From the NCBI GenBank assembly GCA_964016885.1, contig OZ024757.1:6448001-6512000 (forward strand): 64,000 nt of DNA. The letters run 5' to 3'. This DNA comes from Eledone cirrhosa. Taxonomy: Eukaryota. The position numbers and the translations under genes are program-made. The notes below the pieces were generated by a model. It saw only the letters and a list, made by a program, of their open reading frames with translations, was not told where the DNA came from and did no database searches. Shown in pieces: positions 48,965 through 64,000 of the stretch; position 1 is the stretch's first letter; each line of letters begins with the position of its first letter.

Positions 48965-50573
48965 TGATAAGACTTGGGGCTGGAACAAAGTATCAGCCAG
49001 ACAGTGGGTGACCTAGTGGTGAAACAGCACAGTAGATAGAGCTATTAACCCTGTAGCATTTACATTACTCTATATTTACTATTATATTTTCATGGTAAAG
49101 TCTTTATCTCACATAATATTGAATCTATGAGACTTTGATATTACTTATTTTGAGGACAATACATTAACATCAATATGAGCAGCGAGTTACAGCCAGTTTG
49201 AACAGAAAGAAGTGAGAGAATTCTGGCTGGATATGGCCAGTTTAAATGATAAAGGGTTAAAGACAAGTGACAGGCATGGAAAGACTGGAAAAATAGGGGC
49301 TTCAGACCAGGACCAGGTAGTTAAGAGAGAAGCTAGAAGACAGGTATACATAACAGAGAGAGAGGCTGAAAAAAGAAAGTTTGCCAACGTATTGAGACAT
49401 GAGAATCAGAGGTGTGAAGTGTTCCACATTGCAAGACAGGGAAAGGTGTGTTAGAAATGACACTGATACACTTAGCACCACTGATGCTCAAAAGAAAGAG
49501 GCCTGGAAATGTTACTATGAGAGATTGATGAATGTAGAGAATAAATTAAGAAGCAATCTTAGACTTTTGTTTTATGTTCATTGTTCAACAGACACACACA
49601 TATAATTGACATTCTCTTTGGAATTACTTATGAAACTTGTTAGTGACACAACTACAAGAGAGGTTCCTAGCCAAGATTAAGCTGCAATATTTAGCTTTTA
49701 TAGATCTAGAAAAGGCCTTTGACAGAGTACCTTACTCTATTATCTGGTGGTCCTTCAGAAAATTAGGTGGAGAATGGCTTTTGAGAGCAGTGCAAGCCAT
49801 GTACAGAGGAGCTGTCAGTAAAGCTAGAGTAGGAAGGGGGTTTAGTGAAGAATTCAATGTACAGGTAGGTGTTCATCATGGTTCAGTTCACAACCCACTG
49901 CTGTTCATCATAGTTCTCCAGGCCATAACCAATGGGTTTAAGACTGGCTGTTCACGGGAAACAGTCTATGTGAATGATCTGGTCCTTATAGCTGAATCCA
50001 TAAAAGAACTAGAGAATAAGCGACCCTACTGCATATGTAGGAAAGAAGTAGGCATAAACTGTACACAATGATAGCTTCCGCTATCTAGGTAACCTAATTA
50101 GCAGCAGAGGAGGGTGCCTCGTAAGAGAGGATAGGATTGAAGTTTAGAGAGCTACTTCCACTGTTGGCAAATAAAGTTTCTAGCTACGTACATAGATGTT
50201 GGCTGTACAATGCCTGCGTGTAAAGTGCAATACTGCATGGAAGTGAAACAAGGGCAGTAACTGCAGAAGACATGCATAAGCTGGAGAGAAATGGAGCAAC
50301 CATGCTTCGTTGGGTGTGCAACATAAATGTGAGAGGAAGGCAGAGCTTGGATAAAATGAGGAAGAAATTGGTAATCACTGGTTAAAGAAGTGCCACGGAA
50401 AACCAGAGAAGAGAAGCCATACTAGAGGGAGCTGAGGGTAGATGTGGTGAGAGCTGATCTCAAATTGCTGAGGCTCACAGATGACGAAGGAACAAGCGAG
50501 TGGGGAGATGTGCTTAAAAGGACCCATCCAACCTATGCCAGGATTGAAAAACGGATGTAAAACTATGATGATG
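48965..50573 (+). mobile_element. Old fragmented RTE copy
   Basis: KREARRQVY, AFIDLEKAFDRVP, VGVHHGSVHNP; tail at ~50520-50573. Confidence 0.85.
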
Positions 50574-50581
50574 GTGTAGAT

Positions 50582-51439
50582 CAAAGGTTCTCAATTGGGG
50601 GGGGGGGCGTTTCAGAACTCTAGGGGGGTGTTTGGGAGCAATGTCACGTTAGGGGGGCGTTTGGAGCTGGGGGAGGGGGTTAGGGGGGCGCTGGGTTTTT
50701 CCATTTTTAGGATCTCAATTACTGGTTAACGTCTCAATTACCGGACATGCCTGCACAGCTGCGGTCATACTATAGTTATGCTGTCTGCAGCTGTGCAGGC
50801 ATGTCCAGCAATTGAGACGTTAACCTGTAATTGAGATACTAAAAATGGAAAAACCCACAGTCACCTGAGTCAAAGACACTTTGAGCGCAGACAGTTAGAA
50901 TCTTGTCTGAAATTATTGACTCAACCGTAACGAGTTAACACTATGTAGATCTATTTTATTGCCTATTGTATAAATAATATTACAAATAGAAAAAAGAACA
51001 CACATCTAGGACCACATACAACACATAATCAGATAATACACACATCTAGGACCACATACAACACATAATCAGATAATACACACATCTAGGACCACATACA
51101 ACACATAATCAGATAATACACACATCTAGGACCACATACAACACATAATCAGATAATACACACATCTAGGACCACATACAACATATAATCAGATAATACA
51201 CACATCTAGGACCACATACAACACATAATCAGATAATACACACATCTAGGACCACATACAACACATAATCAGATAATACACACGTGTTTGGAATATTGTT
51301 AATCAATTTTTTAGTAAACTACTGATATAAAAATCAGTAGTATATTGAAAAAAATTGAAAAAATGGGGTGGCGGGGGGGCGTTTCATGAATTCGAGGGAC
51401 AAAAGAGGGCGTTTGGCCTAAATGGGTTGAGAACCTGTG
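50582..51439. mobile_element. hAT (Charlie-like) non-autonomous element
   Basis: TIRs CAAAGGTTCTCAA / TTGAGAACCTGTG; perfect 8-bp TSD GTGTAGAT; GGGGGGCGTTT subterminal repeats; empty site at ~31946. Confidence 0.92.
50999..51283. repeat. 40-bp tandem repeat, 7 copies, inside the hAT element
   Basis: CACATCTAGGACCACATACAACACATAATCAGATAATACA x7. Confidence 0.97.
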
Positions 51440-51567
51440 GTGTAGATGAAGTAAATTAAATCAAGATAGATTTAGACTAAAACTAACAAAACTTCCCTGA
51501 AACAACAACAAGGTACAGCTAAATATAAAATATATTTTATAATGTAAGGTAGTGAACCACATAATTA

Positions 51568-52420
51568 AATAGACGGAGGTAATTTAAATAATAAAGACAG
51601 TCATGATAACAATATATTTTATATCACATGTAACAGTGGAATCTGGTTAATTACTGGATCGTTGTAGGGGTCACATAATTATATTATTTACACACATTAA
51701 TATAGACATTAAGTAAATCTTTGACAACTTACCTCCTTCACATATAATCAATGTGTTGTGTTGTTAGTTGTTACTAAACAACCAAAGAAATAATCTCTTT
51801 GTTATCAAATTAGAAGTTTCAATGTTATCAGCTTTATTTCACGACATTAACGTTGGTGTAACTTCTTCATCTTTAGTCATACATTGATATCTTGTCAGAA
51901 TGAAGTAGTGAGGCTGACTTTATGTCTTTAGCTACAGATTTGATAGGAAATATATATATATTAGGTTGATATGTGGTCTAAAATATATATATTGTCTATA
52001 AATGACTGATAGCAGATGTTCTGGTGAAATAGTAGTTTTACTACTACAGATTGTAATGGAACTCTTAGTAGACACAATTGTAAAGTAAGAATAGATATGA
52101 CAGTGTAAGACTGATGTCGGGGAATTAAAATTGTGTATATATATATATATAATTGTTACACAAGATATAATTAGATTAATTAAAGGTATAATGAAGACAG
52201 CAGGTACTCGGTGTCGTTGGGAATGATTCAACTCTAGTACCGGTGTCATACGTTAAAAGTCCCTGATATAATTTAATACCGTCAGACACAGTTCCAATCG
52301 TATTTAATTTATTGTAAATCAGAAAATATGACTCAGTAAAATATCAATTATAGATCAATAAGAGAACCTCTACGTAGTCTCTCTAACTGCTAGAAATAAC
52401 AGCGATATTATCCATTACAA
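51568..52420 (-). promoter_or_regulatory. Conserved non-coding module, copy 4
   Basis: Homologous to 5330-6320; GTAAGT donor at 51727-51732 (minus). Confidence 0.45.
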
Positions 52421-52859
52421 CTGCTCTCTCTCTCTATATATATCTATATACATACATATATGTACGTATGTATGTATATATATGTGTATATATGGGTGTG
52501 TATGTGTGTTTACGCGTATGTATGGTGTGTATATGTGAACATAAGGGTTTGGTATATATACGTTTGGTGAACATATGTGTATTTACCTGTAGGTATGTGT
52601 GAGTGTGCGTTCTATACGCATTTATGCGTGTATATTTACATATGTATATATAATTATATGTATATACACACACATATATTTATATGTGTATTTGGTGCAT
52701 ATGTTCGTACGTGTGCGGGTATATGTGTCGCACCGGTTTACGTCCGTGTGCGTGTGTTTATGTGTACGTGCATGTATATGCATGCAAGGTGTGTGTTTTC
52801 GCGTATGCACGTGTATAAATGTGTGTATGTATATATTTAATTATTATTACTTTTATGCA

Positions 52860-52985
52860 TGGTGTGAGTTCAAATCCCACCGAGGTTAACGTTGCCTTTC
52901 ATCCTTACAGGGTCGATAAAATACAGTACCAGTAATGTACTGGAAAATTTGCTGGCATTGTGCCAAAAAGTAGAAACAATTATTA
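52860..52985 (+). mobile_element. Partial SINE (family 2)
   Basis: gagttcaaatcccaccgagg..gtagaaacaat; flanked by a duplicated attattacttttatg; absent at 34975. Confidence 0.8.
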
Positions 52986-53357
52986 CTTTTATGATTTTAA
53001 TAACCTCTGTCATTTTCGTTCAACTAATTTATTTACATTATTCTGAACTCCGAAGCCGAGAATCATTCAGTTTCCTAAATAGTATATTAGTCTACGACTC
53101 CATTTATACCATAAACGTGGTTTTGTCTTTACGTGTAATTGTTGTCGCTCCACATAACGACGTATTATCTTCGCTTTTTTCCGTTCATTGCCAGGAAACG
53201 TCTTCACGAACCAAAGTATCGTCTTCCTGTTTTCCTTCGGTTGCAAAGTTTTTCGAAATATTTACTTTTTCGGTCATGGATTGATTTTTTTTTTTAGTTT
53301 CAGAAGATCCTGTTAAGAGGGAAAGCAGCGATTCTTTGCTTAAACTTTAATCCGTTA

Positions 53358-53404
<47 letters not shown>

Positions 53405-53739
53405 GGTTTTGGATGCTTAAAGCGTCCATATGCAGTAGGCCGTTTGAGCACTCGATGCTCTCATAGAGCAGAGTATATCACAGAAAAAGAGAGAATCAGT
53501 GTTGCGATGAGTGGAATTTAGTGGACATATTACAATCGTTTCTCTAGTGACCAGCTTTGGGTACAATCGATGTGATGATCGAACCCGAAAATCTCAAGGT
53601 CCTCAGATACGTCTTGATTCTATGATATATATACATATATCTGAAGGGCGGTGCCCCAGCATGGCCTCAGCCAGATAGCTGGAATACGTAAAAGAGTAAA
53701 AGAATATAATACATACGTGTATATTCATATATTGTATTT

Positions 53740-56036
53740 ATCCTCATCACAATTTAAACTCCAATTTACATGCTAGCATGGGTCAGACGAGTTGTCCTAT
53801 TGTGTGAAAACTTAGATCAAATAACCCTGCCTTGTTCATGCAGGAACCATTTCTGGTTGGATTGTATGGCTGGATGCCCTTCCTAACTCCAACCACATTT
53901 ACAGGGTGGACTTGGTATTTATTGTTGTGTTGCTAACATGACCAACCTACAGGGTGGACTGGGTGCTTTTTGCTGCTCTTTGTCATGTCACCAATTTGAA
54001 GGGTGGTTCGGGTCCCTTCAGTCTTGTCACTAGCATGACCACTTTACAGGGTGGGCTAGGGGCCTCCTGTCATGTCTACATCACTGGGTGCTAATTTGTC
54101 ATGTCACCATCATGACTACCTTGCATATTTTGTCATATTACCTAACAGAGAGGACTCTGTGTTCTTTTGTCATGACACTTGCATGACCACCTTACAGGAG
54201 TGCCTGAGGGCTTTTAGCCATTTAAGCAGCATTGGGGGAGAGCATGTTAAGCTTTCCATACTTGTATACATGGGTTGGTCAAGAAAGGTGTATCAGATGT
54301 GAAAGTGGGGGTGGGGCTGTGTGTATGTAGGGTGAAGATTGGAGAGGTAGGTCAGGGTGGAGTACTTAGCTGGTAAGGGGGTGGAGTGTTAAGATGTGGG
54401 GAGGAGGAAAATTAGAGCATACTTCAAACCACTAAATTTTGTGTCAACCTGTGGACATGGGAATGCAGGTCTCCTGCAATACTGTATAACGCCAGAGATT
54501 TCAATCCTGTGTCATCACCTTTGAGAGGTACAATGGTGTCAGGTCAGTTTTTACCTCCTCATCCCAAGCATTCATAGGTCTTCTTCTTCCATCAATTTTC
54601 AAGCAGTCAACCTTTTATACAGCATCTCTACCTTCATACACATCACATGTCCATACCACAGCAATCTCCTCTCCTGCATACTGTATCTTATCCCTCTCAT
54701 GCCCAGGTTCTCTCTTAGTTTATTTGTTCTTCATGTATATTAATATTACACATCCATTGGAGATTCAAGCTTCATTTCTATCCAATCTTGAGGTCATCAC
54801 TGCAATGCAGCATTGCTGTTCATATACACACATCAAATTGATGAAACAACCTTGTGTAGCTAGTAGCAGTAATAACACCATAAACATCTGCCATCTTGTT
54901 CTTACTCTTGTTACTGTACTTTCAGAACACCTACCTCCACTGCTAATTTGGTCACCCAGGTAACAGAAACTGTCAACCAGCTACTTCTATGGAATCCTTT
55001 AAATATTTGATAGAGCTTGTCTCCTAAAAGCGATTGCTTTTTACTGTTCCAGTACAATGACCCCCACATAAAACATACTTTCTTACCTACCTTACTTTAT
55101 CTCCTACTAAATCTCTGGTGTACCCATAGTCTGTTTAGAGTAAATAATGTTTCATACACATAACATGTATGTGTGACCATTGGTTTCCTATTCCATTTAT
55201 GGCCACCACTGTTTAATGGGGGGAGGGGGGCATTTCCAAACAGACCCTTCATTAGGCATGCTGACAAATATTAAAAGGAAGTTCTTTCCTCCAACAATTT
55301 TCACCCCAAACAAAGGAGAGTTTCATATTGTCAAAAAGGGAGGTAAATCTTTAGCAGTGTAATTGTCAGGCTTAATTAAATATGTAATTAGATACACATA
55401 GAAGTGGTTGATAGCTTTTGAAATCTAGGTGACTTAATTAGCAGTGGACGAGGCTGCTCTGAAAGATGAATAGCTAGAATAAGGAAAGGATGGAAAAAGT
55501 TTAGAGAACTACTGCAACAGTTGACCACAAAAGGTTTCTATCTCTGTACAAAAGGACAACTGTATGACACATGTGGGTGATGTGCAATGATGCATGGTAA
55601 CTAAACAAGGGCTGTGACTGCAGAGGATATATAGACTGGAGAGAAATGGAACAACCATGCTTTGTAGGATATGTTATGTAAGTGTAAGAGAAAGGCAGAG
55701 CTTGGACGTGTTCAAGAAGAAGCTGGGTTTAAGAGTGATCTGAAGTGGTGTGTAAGAGAGAAGACTGTGTTTGTACAGACATGGGATGCACATGGATAAT
55801 AACCACTGGGTGATGAAGTGCCAGGAAATCCCTGTAGAAGGAAACCATAGTAGAGGTAGACCAATAAAGACCTGGACAGAGGCTGTGTGAACTGACTTCA
55901 AATAACTGACTCTTACAGAGGAGATGACAAAGGAACACGACAAGTTGAAAGATGCCATGTTGAGAAGGACCTGTCCAACCCAAGGAAGCATGGAAAAACG
56001 GACATAAAAACAGTGATGATGTTGAGGAAGATGACG
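53740..56036. mobile_element. Duplicated cassette of RTE (-) and RTE (+) fragments
   Basis: Colinear with 35390-37930 but lacks the SINE. Confidence 0.85.
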
Positions 56037-56804
56037 TACATATACACACATACATAATAAATAAATCTAATACAGATATGCACATACTTATATACAAACA
56101 CAGATACGAACATATACATGGACACAAATTTCTACACACATACATTCACATATATATAGCATACGTCAATTCTGAACAATACAGTTTTGTCAGCACAAGT
56201 CTTGGTTACAACTTCTACAAATAAAATGAAAGGAGAATAATTTCTTAGTAAAACAGTTTTATTCAAAATATTAACAACATTGGTGGCACTATTTTAGGTG
56301 AGTGACATGGTTTTTATCTTGTCTGATTGTGTTTGTGTTGCATCAAGTAACCGTTACAAGAGAATTATTTATCACAGACACCACAGTGATATGGTTCCTT
56401 TCCTGTATGTTAGTGTGTAGGGAAGCCACAACATTTAGAGAAGGATTTATCACAGTGATATGGTTCCTCTCCTGTATGTTAGTGACTAGTGAAAGGAAAA
56501 CATTTAGAGAAGTATTTACCACAGACATCACAGTGATATAGTTCCACTTCTGTATATATTAGTGTCTAGTGAAGCCACAACATTAAGAGAAGGATTTACC
56601 ACAGACATCACAGTGATATGGTTCCTCTCCTGTATGTTAGTGTTTAGTGAAACCAAAATTAGAAAATGATTTACATGGGCTGAGGTGGTAAGGGCAGACC
56701 TCTGAAGCTGACGGTGTAGATGATAAAGGACCGTGACAAGTGGAGAGATGCTTTGCTGAATAGGACCCATCCCACCCCTGCAAGCAAGGAAAAGCGGACG
56801 TAAA

Positions 56805-56836
<32 letters not shown>

Positions 56837-57053
56837 ATGTTTTCCCTCATCTATGCATATATTTAGTTAAATTGCTGCATGAAAAGATATATTTTCCAAA
56901 CAAATCAAAGTGATATGGCTTCCCACCTGTATATGTTTGTGTGAAGTTAATGTAGCATTGAAAGAGAAAGATTTACCACAGATATTACACTGATATATAT
57001 TTGTATTCTCATTAATTCACAATTTTGAGAGGATTTATCACTATGTCAATGCA

Positions 57054-57357
<304 letters not shown>

Positions 57358-57949
57358 AAAACTTCAAGTGAAATCTGATATTGTATGGATTCATATAGAC
57401 TCGCAACTCCCCAGAGAAAGATAGATAAGAAGTAAGAAAAAGATATGGAGGAACAATTGACTCCTACTAATAAAAAGATGGAAGTTAAACTGGTGTTGAC
57501 ATGTCACCAGGAGAGGAGATAATAGCTATATTAGAGTCCTATCAGAATGAATTTTTAACTAAACTGCCATAGAGCAGACTTCTCTAGAGATAGAAGGATA
57601 ACATTTATAGAGCATGCTGGAATACCACTGTTTGCATTGGAGAGAATTACTCTGGACAGGAAAGTTGATATCTACATTTTACCAATATAGAAATATAAAA
57701 TTTCCACTGTTAAATCTATCTCTGCTTCTTAAGTATTCTGTTTTATCTCATACTGTTTCTTTCTTATTTCAGAATACCAGATCACATTCGGATAAATTAT
57801 TATTTTCAATCTCGGATACATCACCTCTATTTATCATCATTTGAAGACTATTAACTGAAATCACAGTTGAGGGAAATATAGAAGATATATTTTTTAGGAA
57901 TATAATATAAAAAATATTACAAGTATATTCTGTTGGAGATAAAATTATT

Positions 57950-58717
<768 letters not shown>

Positions 58718-59034
58718 TGCATTGACATCAGTGATAAATCCTCTCAATATTGTGAATTAATGAGAATACAAATATATATCAGTGTAATATCTATGGTAAA
58801 TCATTCTCTTTCAATGCTACATTAACTTCACACAAACATATACAGGTGGGAAGCCATATCACTTTGATATGTTTGGAAAATATATGTTTTAATGGAGCAA
58901 TTTAACTAAATATAGGCATAGATGAGGGAAACCATATCATCATCATCATCATTTTACGTCCGCTTTTTCTGCTTGCAAGGGTGGAATGGGTCCTATTCAG
59001 CAAAGCATCTCTTCACTTGTCACGATCCTTAAAA

Positions 59035-59172
59035 TGTATACGTTTGTGTCTAGTCAAGGCACTACTATCAGAGAATGGTTTACCACAGATAGTGATATGG
59101 CTTCTCACCAGGAATACTAAACACTTTAGATTGTGTTTCACATTTAATCTTCTCACTCAATTTATTTGGCAT
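59035..59172 (-). pseudogene. 5' remnant of a C2H2 ZNF gene
   Basis: ATG at 59172: MPNKLSEKIKCETQSKVFSIPGE fused to KPYH and one broken finger; upstream 59173-59790 is homologous to other ZNF 5' flanks. Confidence 0.85.
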
Positions 59173-59934
59173 AATGATATTTTCTTCAACAGAATATACA
59201 ATTGATTTACTTGTAATATTTCTTATATTATATTCCTAAAAAATATATCTTCTATATTTCCCTCAACTGTGATTTCAGTTAATATCTGAAGATAATACAA
59301 ACTTATGTTTCACCCAAGTTTAGTTAAAATACAAAACCATCTCATAGTGAAGAAAATAAACTCAGTTCTGAGGAAATATTTCACAGTAATTGAAGTATAG
59401 ATTTATATAAACAGTGTTATATAAGTTCTGTTTAAAATATTTTAGTCTTCAAATGATGATAAATAGAGGTGATGTATCCAAGATTGAAAATAATAATTTA
59501 TGCCAATGTAATCCGGTATTCTGAAATGAAAAAGAAACAGTATGAGATAATACAGAATACTTTAGAAGCAGAGATAGATTTAACAGTGGAAATTTTATAT
59601 TTCTATATTGATAAACTATAGATGTCAACTTTCCTTTCCAGAGCAATTCTCTCCAATGTAAGCAGTGGTATTCAAGCATGCTCTGTAAATTATATCCTTC
59701 TATCTCTAGAGAGGTCTGCTCTACGGTAGTTTAGTGAAAAATTCATTCTGATGGGACTTTCTAACGTAGCTATCATCTTCTCTCCTGGTGACATGTCCAT
59801 ACAGGTTTAACATGTACATATATAAATATGTATACACACACACACACATATATATATACATATATATAAATATATATACACACACATACATACATATACA
59901 CACATATATATATATACATATATATATATATGCA

Positions 59935-61177
59935 ACTTTTACAAACAACCGCAATGACAGAGGACGGAGACATCATTATGCTAGCAGGGGACTTCAATGG
60001 TCATGTTGGACAGCTCCAGGATGATTACATTGGGGTACATGGTGGGCACGGTTACAGCTCAAGAAATGAAGAAGGAGTGAGACTTCTTGAATTTTGTGAT
60101 GCAAGTACACTAACTGTTTGCAACACAAACTTCCAGAAACCTGCCAATCACCTAATAACCTACAAATCAGGCGAGCACATAAGCCAGATTGACTACTTAC
60201 TAGTTAGGCAGTGGGACAGGCAGATGGTGTCAAATACCAAGGCATACCCTGGGGAAGAATGTACCCCACAGCATAGGTTAGTCGTTAGTGATATCTCATT
60301 AAGCAAGAGATGGAATGAGACATACAGGAAGGTGTGTAAAAGAAAGGTCTGGAAGCTAAAAGAGCTTTCACTAAAATACAAATTTAGGAAAGCCCTTCAA
60401 GATGTGTATGACGGAAAAGAAGACAATTTAGAGATGTATGACATAGATAATAACTGGAATTTCTTACTGATGAAACTTGTGGCTGGAGCAGAGCTCCAAC
60501 CAGACAGAGAGTGACCAGGTGGTGGAACAGCACAGTAGATAAGGCCATTAGAGAAAAAAGACTATCATGGAAAGCTTGGAAAAAGGGTGGGAGAAGAGAA
60601 GGATATACAGCCACTAAGAGAGAAGCTAGACGTCAGGTGTACTTAGCACGCAGGGAGGCTGAGAGTAGGAGGTTTGCCAATGTTCTTCGATGGGAAGATC
60701 AGAGGCGTGCGGTGTCCCACATTGCAAGGCAGTGTGTCAATGCAAATCAGGATGTTGTTGGAGATAAATGTGTCCGGAATGATGCCGGTGTACTTAGTGT
60801 CATGAATGATCAGAAAAAGGAGGCCTGGAAATGTCATTATGAGAGACTGATGAATGTGGAGCACGAATGGGAGAGAGAGAAATTACCCTCAGTAGATCCA
60901 ACAGAGGGACCAGCTATTGAGATTGACGAATATAGGATACAAGAGGCTACTAAGGAAATGAAAAATGGTAAGGCTTCTGGACCATCGAGGATAGTTGATG
61001 AGATGCTGAAGGCATCAGGGGATGTAGGCACTAAACTGGTTGCACGCATCATCAATCAGGCTATATATGGTGGTGTCATATGCAAAGACTGGTGCAGCAG
61101 TATTCACATAAATTGCTACAAAGGTAAAAGGGATGCTCTGGAGAGGAACAATTATAGGGGTATAAAACTGATGGATC
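59935..61177 (+). mobile_element. RTE fragment, APE to start of RT
   Basis: AGDFNGHVG, SQIDYLL, PQHRLV through NYRGIKLMDQ. Confidence 0.92.
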
Positions 61178-62535
61178 AGCTTGCAAGGGTGGGACGGGTT
61201 TTATTCAGCACAGCATCTTTCCACTTGTCAGAGTCCTTCGTCGTCTCCACCATGAGTTTCAGCAATCTGAGGTCTGTTCTCACCACCTCCGCCCATGTTT
61301 TTCGTGGTCTACCTCTAATACGTCTTCCTTCAACTGGCATTTCCTGGCACTTCTTCACCCATCAGTCTTCCTCCATGCGCATGACATGTCCATACCACCT
61401 CAGTCTCCTCTCCCGTACACTACATTCTATCTCTCTCAACACATCTATGCTGGGTCGTTCACATTGCAGATCCAACGGAGCATGCTTGCCTCATTTCTCT
61501 CCAGCCGTTGCATATCCTCTGCAGTTGCTGCCCATGTCTCACTACCATGCAGCATCGCGCTCTTCACACCGGCATCATATAACTGGCCTTTCGTACGCAG
61601 GGAGAAACCCCTCTTCGACAGCAGCTCCCTAAACTTCTTCCAACCCAGCCTTATTCTAGATACTATGGCCTCGGAACACCCTCCTCCCATGCTAATCAGA
61701 TCTCCTAGGTACCGGAAGCTATCCACCACTTCTATAGCACCCTCCTGCATTTGTAAAATGTGTCTATCACTGTGACTTCTGTCTAATTTCCCTGTACATC
61801 TAATGCATACGTATTTCTCCCTACCTGTTAGTTTGCCTGCTATCCAGCTACATCTCTTGTGTACCCAGGATCTGCATTGTGTGCATTTTATAGAATTTAT
61901 GCCAGTTCCTTTTCTGCATATCGAACATGGCCATTTCCCTGACGGAATCAGGGTTTTGTCCTCTTTCTACTCATCAACACTTTTGTCTTAGCTAGGTTCA
62001 CTTTCAGTCCTCTGGCTTCCAACTGATGTTTCCATAGCCAGAATTTATTGTCTAGCTCCTCGACTGATTCTGCTATAAGAACCAGATCATCAGTATAGAG
62101 AAGTTCCCATGGACAGCCAGTCTTAAACTCCTCTGCTATGGCTTGGAGGACTATAATGAACAAGAGCAGGCTGAGGACCGAACCTTGATGTACTCCTACT
62201 TGTATCTTGAATTCCTCACTAAACTCCATTCCTACCCTGACTTTACTGACAGCACCTCTGTACAAAGTTTGCACTGTCCTCACAAGCCATTCCTCAACAC
62301 CTAGTTTCCTTAGGGACCACCATGACAGATCGGGGTGCCCTATCAAAGGCCTTCTCTAAGTCAACAAAGGCTCAGTATAGAGTATAGTGGCTTATTCATC
62401 TCTAAGAACCTCTCTTGTAATTGTCTCACCAAGAAGAGGGCATCTGTTGTACTTTTTCCCAGGCACAAAACCAAACTGCATCTCATCTAGTTTAACCCTT
62501 TCATAACCTGATTACCACTTTCATAACCTGATCCA
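61178..62535 (-). mobile_element. RTE fragment, RT to ORF end, inverted relative to the adjacent 5' half
   Basis: Begins DQVMK at 62535 and ends KTRPTLAS at 61178. Confidence 0.92.
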
Positions 62536-62712
<177 letters not shown>

Positions 62713-63912
62713 ATGTCTAAGACTAAAGTCCTAGTTTGTACAAAGGAAAATAAGGCACAGGTACCCTCAGGGAAATGGCCATGCTCAGTGTGTAGGAAAG
62801 GAGTAGGCAGAAATTCCATTTTATGTCCCAAATGCAATGTATGGGTACATAAAAGATGTAGTGGGATCACAGGTAAACTATCTAAGAACGTAGACTTTAT
62901 ATGTGGCCGATGCTCAGGTGCAATAAGTAGCAAGTGTCCACAGGATACTAGCTCCTTCTATTGCCCAGATGGTTCTATAGAAATAGTAGACACTTTCCGT
63001 TACCTGGGTGACGAAATCAGCAGTGGTGGAGGGTGTTCTGAAAGTACAGTGGCCAGAGTCAGAACGGGATGGAAAAAGTTCAGAGAGCTTATACCACTGT
63101 TGGCCGCTAAAAGTTTCTCTCTAAAATTGAAAGGCAGATTGTATGATGCTTGTATATGAACAGCAATGCTACATGGCAGTGAGACCTGGGTATTGTGTGA
63201 AGAGGACTTGCATAGACTGGAAAGGAACGAAGCATGCATGCTCTGTTGGATGTGTAATAGTAATATACGTGAACGGCAAAGCATAAATGAACTAAGTGAG
63301 AAATTAGGAATAAGAGGGATCAGATGCTGTTTACTCGAGAGAAGACTACGTTGGTATGGCCACGGGATGCGCATGTAAGACGAGAGCTGCATAAAAAAGT
63401 GCAGGGCGATCAAAATTGATGGAAGTTACGGAGTAGGTAGACCCAGAAAAACCTGGGACGATCTGATAAATTCCGACATTACACACTTGCACCTCTCTAA
63501 GACAATGTCACTGGACCGAGGTCTTTGGCGCTACGCAGTAATACAGAAAACCCGCCTTCCCTATGTACAAAGGGAAACCTACAATCAATAGGCACCTCTT
63601 AACCAAATATACATCCCAATCCACTACCCCTACCCTATCCTCCCACTCCCACCAACCTCTCTCTATATAAACAACATCCAGTCCAAATAAATGAGATAAA
63701 TGAGATCGACATCGTGTAGGTATCCTAAAAAAACACACAGTCCACGCTGTAATGTGGCCGTGTAGGTAACACGGTAAAAAGTTCCCAGTTCCAAACTGTA
63801 AATGTGGTTGGTGTTAGGAAGGGCATCCAGCCGTAGAAAACCTGCCAGAGTGGGACAACTCCCGTCTAACCCATGCTAGCGTGGAAAATGGATGTTAAAT
63901 GAAGATGATGAT
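62713..63912 (+). mobile_element. 5'-truncated RTE (PHD to tail)
   Basis: KTKVLVC..WPCSVC..FRYLGD..MLHGSETW; 3' UTR and tail; TA tracts on both sides. Confidence 0.93.
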
Positions 63913-64000
63913 ACATACATATATATACATATATACGTACATATATATATATATATATACATATATATACATATATATATATACATATACATTTGTATAT

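Noticed and set aside
57614-57844. 76-aa ORF MLEYHCLHW.. repeated at 59449-59679
   Set aside because: Lies in the ZNF 5' flank; the paralog near 40.0-40.2k has substitutions and a deletion, and no domain is recognisable. At most a uORF.
60511-61632. 373-aa ORF
   Set aside because: RTE sense fragment reading into antisense RTE across the inversion breakpoint.

Overview
AT-rich eukaryotic DNA, most consistent with a coleoid cephalopod (Octopus-like). That assignment is inferred from the C2H2-ZNF style and the RTE-LINE and SINE families, not from a search. The window is a tandem array of 8-19 kb duplicated units. Each unit holds a conserved non-coding module, a conserved cassette, a single-exon C2H2 zinc-finger gene and a stretch of decayed RTE retrotransposons. 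ZNF content: a 28-finger ORF (12946-15306, -), a 10-finger ORF (38921-39859, -), a frameshifted inverted paralog (57950-58717, +) inserted inside a fourth broken ZNF gene, and one unit whose ZNF gene appears deleted. One RTE LINE is intact (1039 aa; APE endonuclease, RT, and a PHD-type C4HC3 finger inside the RT), preceded by a duplicated block of 98/99-bp monomers. Other elements: about 20 RTE fragments, a DD37D (maT) Tc1/mariner, a hAT MITE, a foldback element, tRNA-derived SINEs, and several satellites traceable to LINE, SINE or ZNF sequence. All alignments were done by eye and most boundaries are approximate.
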